Source: a virus (lineage: Duplodnaviria > Heunggongvirae > Uroviricota > Caudoviricetes). Taken from it: 3,295 nucleotides of DNA. The stretch covers positions 1-3,295 of the IMG/VR virus record IMGVR_UViG_2778261635_000007. One strand, given 5' to 3'. Below the pieces are notes generated by a model. It ran no database searches and was not told the DNA's origin. It was given only the letters and a program-made list of their open reading frames with translations. How positions within the stretch are numbered: the first letter of the stretch is position 1; each line of letters starts with the position of its first letter. The position numbers and the translations under genes were made by a program. This document shows, piece by piece, positions 1-3,295 of this stretch.

Positions 1-486
1 GTGGGTGTCGGCATTCCGGCATGTTCCTGTTTAGATGATCCAGGCGCATACAAAGCTGGTTATGCAATCTGCCGTTCTGCAGATTTTAACTCATGGGAAT
101 ATGTGCCAGACCATCGCGGTGAAATCATCTATAGCACCGAAACAGGAGAATCGAAAGAAATCACAGCTCCGGGTGATTACCCTGATAATACAACCACTAT
201 CGCCCCGTTAACGCCATATGATAAATGGGATGGTGAGAAATGGGTGACGGATACTGAGGCACAGCATAGTGCCGCAGTAGACGCGGCAGAAGCAAAGCGC
301 CAGTCACTGATTGATGCAGCAATGGCTTCCATTAGTCTGATTCAGCTGAAATTACAGGCCGGGCGGAAACTGACGCAGGCAGAAACAACCCGGCTTAACG
401 CTGTGCTGGATTACATTGACGCGGTGGCGGCAACAGATACCAGCACCGCGCCGGATGTCATCTGGCCTGAACTGCCGGAGGCGTAG
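1..486 (+). CDS. Phage tail fibre assembly protein (Tfa/U family), 5' end outside the window; copy in the currently expressed orientation
   Basis: Frame 1 is open from the window edge to TAG at 484-486. The translation ends in DTSTAPDVIWPELPEA, the C-terminal motif shared by lambda/e14/Mu-type tail fibre assembly proteins, and contains an SWEYVPDHRGE block resembling the Tfa N-domain. The GTG at position 1 is very unlikely to be the real start; the true start is probably 80-100 nt upstream. Confidence 0.8.
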   Translation: MGVGIPACSCLDDPGAYKAGYAICRSADFNSWEYVPDHRGEIIYSTETGESKEITAPGDYPDNTTTIAPLTPYDKWDGEKWVTDTEAQHSAAVDAAEAKRQSLIDAAMASISLIQLKLQAGRKLTQAETTRLNAVLDYIDAVAATDTSTAPDVIWPELPEA

Positions 487-895
487 GCCATTCAATATCT
501 GGCGCACCGGAAGTATCGACCAGTTCCAGTGCGTCCAGATAATCCAGCCATAAATTATATTGTTCCAGCTCGTCACCTTTCAGACGACCAATAGCAGCTT
601 TGCCGGGCCATTGTTTACTGTTCATGTATTCGTTGGCCTGATTAATTAATAGCTGTCTTTTTGACTCAGAAATTTCAATAAGTTCTTCATGCGTGGGTGA
701 AGGAATATCTGCCCACGCAGGCATTCCGTCTGCACCTGCAATACGTCGCTTACCCTGCGGAGGTGTCGCCATAAACGACTCGGCACGTCGGGTTTCAATA
801 TCTTTTGCATCATCAGGCCATGTGCCGGAATCGCGGTATACGGCCTCATTACCAGCCAGATAAAACGCATTTTTTTTAGCACTGTATTTGTACAT
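458..895 (-). CDS. Phage tail fibre assembly protein, alternative copy (145 aa) in the silent orientation
   Basis: 145-aa ORF ending in VDTSGAPDIEWPTPPAVQAR, the same Tfa C-terminal motif. Its ATG (895-893) lies 1 nt after the TAA (899-897) of the upstream tail-fibre module, suggesting translational coupling. It converges on and overlaps the + strand Tfa gene by 29 nt (458-486). Confidence 0.8.
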   Translation of the reverse strand: MYKYSAKKNAFYLAGNEAVYRDSGTWPDDAKDIETRRAESFMATPPQGKRRIAGADGMPAWADIPSPTHEELIEISESKRQLLINQANEYMNSKQWPGKAAIGRLKGDELEQYNLWLDYLDALELVDTSGAPDIEWPTPPAVQAR

Positions 896-896
896 A

Positions 897-1316
897 TTAT
901 TTCCCTACCGCAATCCAGAAAAATGAACTCATGCTGGCTACTGGTACTCCGCCCGCTGTTGGAATCATCAGATTTCGGACGCCGCATCCTAAATTAGTTA
1001 TCGTTGGCGCTGAAATTACTGGCGACTGAACTACGTTAGGAAGCGATACCTGCTGAGGACCAAATCCCACATACATCGGGTATGCAGAGAACGCGACAGG
1101 AAACGTAATAAAGACCTCTCCAGTTGATGATGGATTGGCTGTCCCCCACTGAATAATCAGACCTGACGGTAATTTTTGCCAGCCAGGGCTGGTCAGGCTG
1201 GATGTGAAGTTATTCATATCCGGTATCTGATTTTTCCCTGTCCCCACATTCCGTTTTGCCGCTTCTCCCAAACCAACGTTTATGAAAATGCAGAGATAAT
1301 GGCTAACTGGCATCAT
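897..1316 (-). CDS. Tail fibre protein C-terminal variable module (promoterless alternative host-specificity segment); the in-window ATG is probably not a real start
   Basis: ORF on the - strand whose frame runs through the crossover site at 1263-1288. The translation is Gly/Pro/Ser/Thr/Val-rich, typical of tail-fibre distal domains, and it is immediately followed by a Tfa gene. The arrangement matches the Sv' U' half of Mu G / P1 C / e14 P invertible segments. The functional protein would only be made after inversion fuses it to the constant 5' part of the fibre gene outside the window. Confidence 0.6.
   Translation of the reverse strand: MMPVSHYLCIFINVGLGEAAKRNVGTGKNQIPDMNNFTSSLTSPGWQKLPSGLIIQWGTANPSSTGEVFITFPVAFSAYPMYVGFGPQQVSLPNVVQSPVISAPTITNLGCGVRNLMIPTAGGVPVASMSSFFWIAVGK
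1263..1288. other. Site-specific DNA inversion crossover site (hix/gix/cix/pix family), invertase-proximal copy
   Basis: TTCTCCCAAACCAACGTTTATGAAAA is an imperfect 26-bp palindrome. It matches the recalled Salmonella hixL site (TTCTTGAAAACCAAGGTTTTTGATAA) at 20 of 26 positions, including the central AA dinucleotide, and sits 55 bp upstream of pin at the junction with the tail-fibre module. Confidence 0.7.
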
Positions 1317-1343
1317 CCCCGGTTTTTATTCAGGGGATTGATC

Positions 1344-1898
1344 ATGCTTATTGGCTATGTACGCGTGTCAACAAATGACCAGAACACCGATTTGCAACGT
1401 AGTGCGCTGAACTGCGCGGGATGTGAGCGGATTTTTGAGGATAAAATCAGCGGCACTAAGTCCGACAGACCGGGGCTGAAAAAACTGCTCAGGACATTAT
1501 CGGCAGGTGACACTCTGGTTGTCTGGAAGCTGGATCGGCTGGGGCGTAGTATGCGACATCTGGTCATTCTGGTTGAGGAGTTGCGCGAACGAGGCATCAA
1601 CTTTCGTAGTCTGACTGATTCAATTGATACCAGCACACCAATGGGACGCTTTTTTTTCCATGTGATGGGTGCCCTGGCTGAAATGGAACGTGAACTGATT
1701 GTTGAACGAACAAAAGCAGGACTGGAAGCTGCTCGCGCACAGGGACGAATTGGTGGACGACGTCCCAAACTTACACCAGAACAATGGGCACAGGCCGGAC
1801 GACTAATTGCATCAGGAGCTCCTCGCCAGAAGGTGGCGATTATCTATGATGTTGGTGTGTCAACTTTGTATAAGAGGTTTCCGGTCGGAGATAAATGA
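1344..1898 (+). CDS. pin: Serine-recombinase DNA invertase (Pin/Gin/Cin/Hin family), 184 aa
   Basis: ATG at 1344 preceded by AGGGGA (1332-1337) with a 6-nt spacer; TGA at 1896-1898. The N-terminus MLIGYVRVSTNDQ carries the catalytic Ser of small serine recombinases, and a C-terminal helix-turn-helix-like region (GAPRQKVAIIYDVGVSTLYKRF) follows. Near-identical, from memory, to E. coli e14 PinE. The longer ORF from 1176 in the track is an upstream in-frame extension without a ribosome-binding site. Confidence 0.92.
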   Translation: MLIGYVRVSTNDQNTDLQRSALNCAGCERIFEDKISGTKSDRPGLKKLLRTLSAGDTLVVWKLDRLGRSMRHLVILVEELRERGINFRSLTDSIDTSTPMGRFFFHVMGALAEMERELIVERTKAGLEAARAQGRIGGRRPKLTPEQWAQAGRLIASGAPRQKVAIIYDVGVSTLYKRFPVGDK

Positions 1899-2160
1899 AA
1901 CCGTAGCACGTCGTATGCAAGAACGTGCCACGGCTGGCTGATGGACGTTCGATAGCGCGAGTTTGAATGAAAATCAGCCGGAGATGATTTTACATAATTG
2001 CTACGGAATTATTCAATACAGGAATTGCTTGTGTCTGCATGGATTGACCTGAAATAGTCCCGAAAATTTCTCTAAAAAACCCGAAAAAAATGGTAACTAA
2101 TTGAATGTATTAATATGTAATGGTACGTGTTAGGGATTAAAAGATGAGCATGAATTTATT

Positions 2161-2173
2161 TAACGCATTGATT
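2161..2173 (-). promoter_or_regulatory. Candidate IHF binding site in the att arm
   Basis: TAACGCATTGATT matches the reverse complement (YAANNNNTTGATW) of the IHF consensus WATCAANNNNTTR at all defined positions, about 30 bp from the att core. The consensus is degenerate and the region is AT-rich, so a chance match is possible. Confidence 0.25.
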
Positions 2174-2195
2174 CTAAAAAATTTTGTTGCTTGTT

Positions 2196-2228
2196 GACGA
2201 AAACAGGAATCGTGTTCGGTCTCTTTTT
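2196..2228 (+). terminator. Hybrid (partly degenerate) intrinsic terminator derived from the SdsR terminator
   Basis: Left arm GACGAAAAC (2196-2204), 7-nt loop AGGAATC, right arm GTGTTCGGTC (2212-2221), then TCTTTTT (2222-2228). The stem has one bulge and one mismatch, whereas the native SdsR hairpin as I recall it is a perfect 10-bp stem. Confidence 0.45.
2203..2228 (+). ncRNA. sdsR: 3'-terminal fragment of the SdsR (RyeB) sRNA, a partial copy acting as prophage attachment core; the SdsR body is absent
   Basis: ACAGGAATCGTGTTCGGTCTCTTTTT matches the recalled 3' end of E. coli SdsR (ACAGGAATCGTATTCGGTCTCTTTTT) with one mismatch. The about 80 nt upstream is AT-rich and does not resemble the GC-rich SdsR body, so this is a displaced 3' end rather than the intact gene. 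Confidence 0.55.
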
Positions 2229-2362
2229 ATCTGTTAAAAGCCAGAAGCATTTCCTTCGCTGACTTTATAGTCAACCATAACACACACTCTACTGTCTGAG
2301 TCCAGCGTTTTTTAACATTCTTGTTAAGATTATGTGATCTTTAGCGCGGGAGGAAAATATTG

Positions 2363-3019
2363 ATGAAACAGCCTGCGCCCGTTTATCAGAGAATTGCGGG
2401 TCATCAATGGCGACATATCTGGCTTTCTGGCGATATACACGGTTGTCTTGAGCAGTTGCGCCGCAAATTATGGCATTGTCGTTTTGATCCGTGGCGAGAT
2501 TTACTTATCTCAGTGGGAGACGTTATCGATCGTGGGCCGCAAAGTTTACGTTGTCTGCAGTTACTGGAACAACATTGGGTTCGTGCGGTAAGAGGCAATC
2601 ATGAACAGATGGCGATGGATGCGCTGGCATCCCAGCAGATGTCTTTGTGGTTGATGAATGGCGGCGACTGGTTTATTGCGCTGGCAGATAATCAACAGAA
2701 ACAAGCGAAAACGGCGCTGGAAAAATGTCAGCATTTGCCCTTTATTCTTGAAGTACACAGCCGCACCGGCAAACATGTTATTGCTCATGCCGATTATCCA
2801 GATGATGTTTATGAATGGCAAAAGGACGTTGATTTGCATCAGGTCTTGTGGAGCCGCTCACGATTAGGTGAACGCCCAAAAGGGCAGGGAATTACAGGTG
2901 CTGATCATTTCTGGTTTGGTCATACACCGTTGCGACATCGCGTGGATATTGGCAACCTGCATTATATTGATACCGGTGCTGCCTTTGGGGGCGAACTGAC
3001 TCTTGTGCAATTGCAATAA
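2363..3019 (+). CDS. pphA: Serine/threonine protein phosphatase 1 (PPP-family, lambda-phosphatase-like metallophosphoesterase), 218 aa
   Basis: ATG at 2363 with GGGAGG at 2348-2353; TAA at 3017-3019. The metallophosphatase signature is present: GDIHG, GDVIDRG, GNHE. Length and sequence match my recollection of E. coli PphA/PrpA. The TTG at 2360 used by the ORF track is a less likely start. Confidence 0.85.
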   Translation: MKQPAPVYQRIAGHQWRHIWLSGDIHGCLEQLRRKLWHCRFDPWRDLLISVGDVIDRGPQSLRCLQLLEQHWVRAVRGNHEQMAMDALASQQMSLWLMNGGDWFIALADNQQKQAKTALEKCQHLPFILEVHSRTGKHVIAHADYPDDVYEWQKDVDLHQVLWSRSRLGERPKGQGITGADHFWFGHTPLRHRVDIGNLHYIDTGAAFGGELTLVQLQ

Positions 3020-3211
3020 TTAAAAATCACCGTACTCCTGCGCAGGTCGCCAGAAACCATCTATAAAATCCTCAATCGGAAAACAACCGCCCTGGCGGAT
3101 CCGTTGATCGCTCATAGAATGAAGACACTGCTGTTCCGTGTTGTAGACATCCACAACAATATCTTCACAACCGCCATCCAGGTAGCAAACAAAAAGTACC
3201 AGCGCGAACAT
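3020..3211 (-). CDS. yebW: Small conserved protein, probably YebW (63 aa); start uncertain, ORF is open to the window edge
   Basis: Convergent with pphA, with a stop codon abutting the pphA stop. Starting at the internal ATG (3211-3209) gives exactly 63 aa, the length I recall for E. coli YebW, which lies next to pphA. A GGGG motif sits 4-5 nt upstream of that ATG. The identification rests on synteny and length only; I do not recall the YebW sequence. Confidence 0.4.
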   Translation of the reverse strand: MFALVLFVCYLDGGCEDIVVDVYNTEQQCLHSMSDQRIRQGGCFPIEDFIDGFWRPAQEYGDF

Positions 3212-3295
3212 TTCATCCCCGAAGTGTGGTGCCGTACCGTTAAGTTTAGGAGAGATTTTACAACGGGGGAATAACCAGGACAAATAACCCGCCAT

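Larger units (their letters stand above)
1..2228. mobile_element. Right-end segment of an e14-/lambdoid-like prophage (tail-fibre inversion module, pin, att arm); left boundary lies outside the window
   Basis: Contiguous phage modules (two Tfa genes, tail-fibre C-terminal module, pin invertase) followed by an AT-rich arm ending in a partial copy of the SdsR 3' end, then host genes. The right boundary at about 2228 is inferred from where recognisable SdsR sequence and host flank begin. Confidence 0.7.

Noticed and set aside
352-576. 74-aa ORF on the - strand
   Set aside because: Lies antisense to and inside the two Tfa genes, has no recognisable motif and no ribosome-binding site context; a by-product of the overlapping Tfa genes.
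646-987. 113-aa ORF on the - strand
   Set aside because: Overlaps the Tfa' and fibre-module genes in a different frame on the same strand; the Tfa and fibre frames carry the recognisable motifs, this one does not.
1295-1300. GATAAT as the pin -10 element
   Set aside because: No acceptable -35 at 16-18 bp spacing and no TG extension; too weak to annotate as a promoter.
1176-1343. N-terminal extension of the pin ORF (240-aa version in the track)
   Set aside because: The invertase family starts at MLIGYVRVS (ATG 1344), which has a good Shine-Dalgarno motif. The extension runs through the crossover site and has none.
1355-1768. 137-aa Arg/Ser-rich ORF on the - strand
   Set aside because: Entirely antisense within pin; low-complexity composition typical of antisense frames of real genes.
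2125-2228. Full-length SdsR/RyeB sRNA gene
   Set aside because: Only the last 26 nt match the SdsR sequence I recall; the upstream 80 nt is AT-rich and unrelated. Annotated as a 3' fragment only.
2394-2867. Four ORFs of 64-92 aa in alternative frames (2394-2591 +, 2404-2598 -, 2561-2839 -, 2658-2867 +)
   Set aside because: All are nested within pphA, whose frame carries the full metallophosphatase signature; the others have no motifs.
3212-3295. Longer form of the small - strand ORF (91 aa from the window edge)
   Set aside because: Not excluded, but the 63-aa form from the internal ATG fits the expected yebW length. The upstream in-frame stretch may be intergenic sequence toward the next gene beyond the window.
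1-3295. CRISPR array, tRNA/rRNA gene, insertion sequence or a novel defence system
   Set aside because: No regularly spaced direct repeats, no tRNA-like structure, no transposase-like ORF or terminal inverted repeats, and no unexplained ORF. The 3017-3022 and 436-517 palindromes are explained by gene arrangement.

Overview
This window reads as the right-hand end of an e14-/lambdoid-type prophage joined to core chromosome at the SdsR/RyeB small-RNA locus, followed by the host phosphatase gene pphA. Left to right: (i) the distal half of a Pin-controlled invertible tail-fibre segment, with a 5'-truncated tail fibre assembly gene on + (1-486), a convergent second tail fibre assembly gene on - (458-895) and a promoterless tail-fibre C-terminal module on - (897-1316); (ii) a 26-bp hix/gix-like crossover site (1263-1288); (iii) the serine-recombinase invertase gene pin (1344-1898); (iv) about 300 bp of AT-rich non-coding DNA with phased A-tracts, short direct repeats and an IHF-consensus match, ending in a 26-nt copy of the SdsR 3' end and terminator (2203-2228), which I read as the att core; (v) host DNA with pphA (2363-3019, +) and a convergent small ORF, probably yebW (3020-3211, -). 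All identifications rest on reading the translations and motifs and on recall of family sequences; no search was run. I do not see evidence of a novel system: every ORF is explained by these known modules, and there is no cargo gene between pin and the att core. The points worth a second look are the junction architecture at the sRNA locus and a few small sequence-level features in the att arm.
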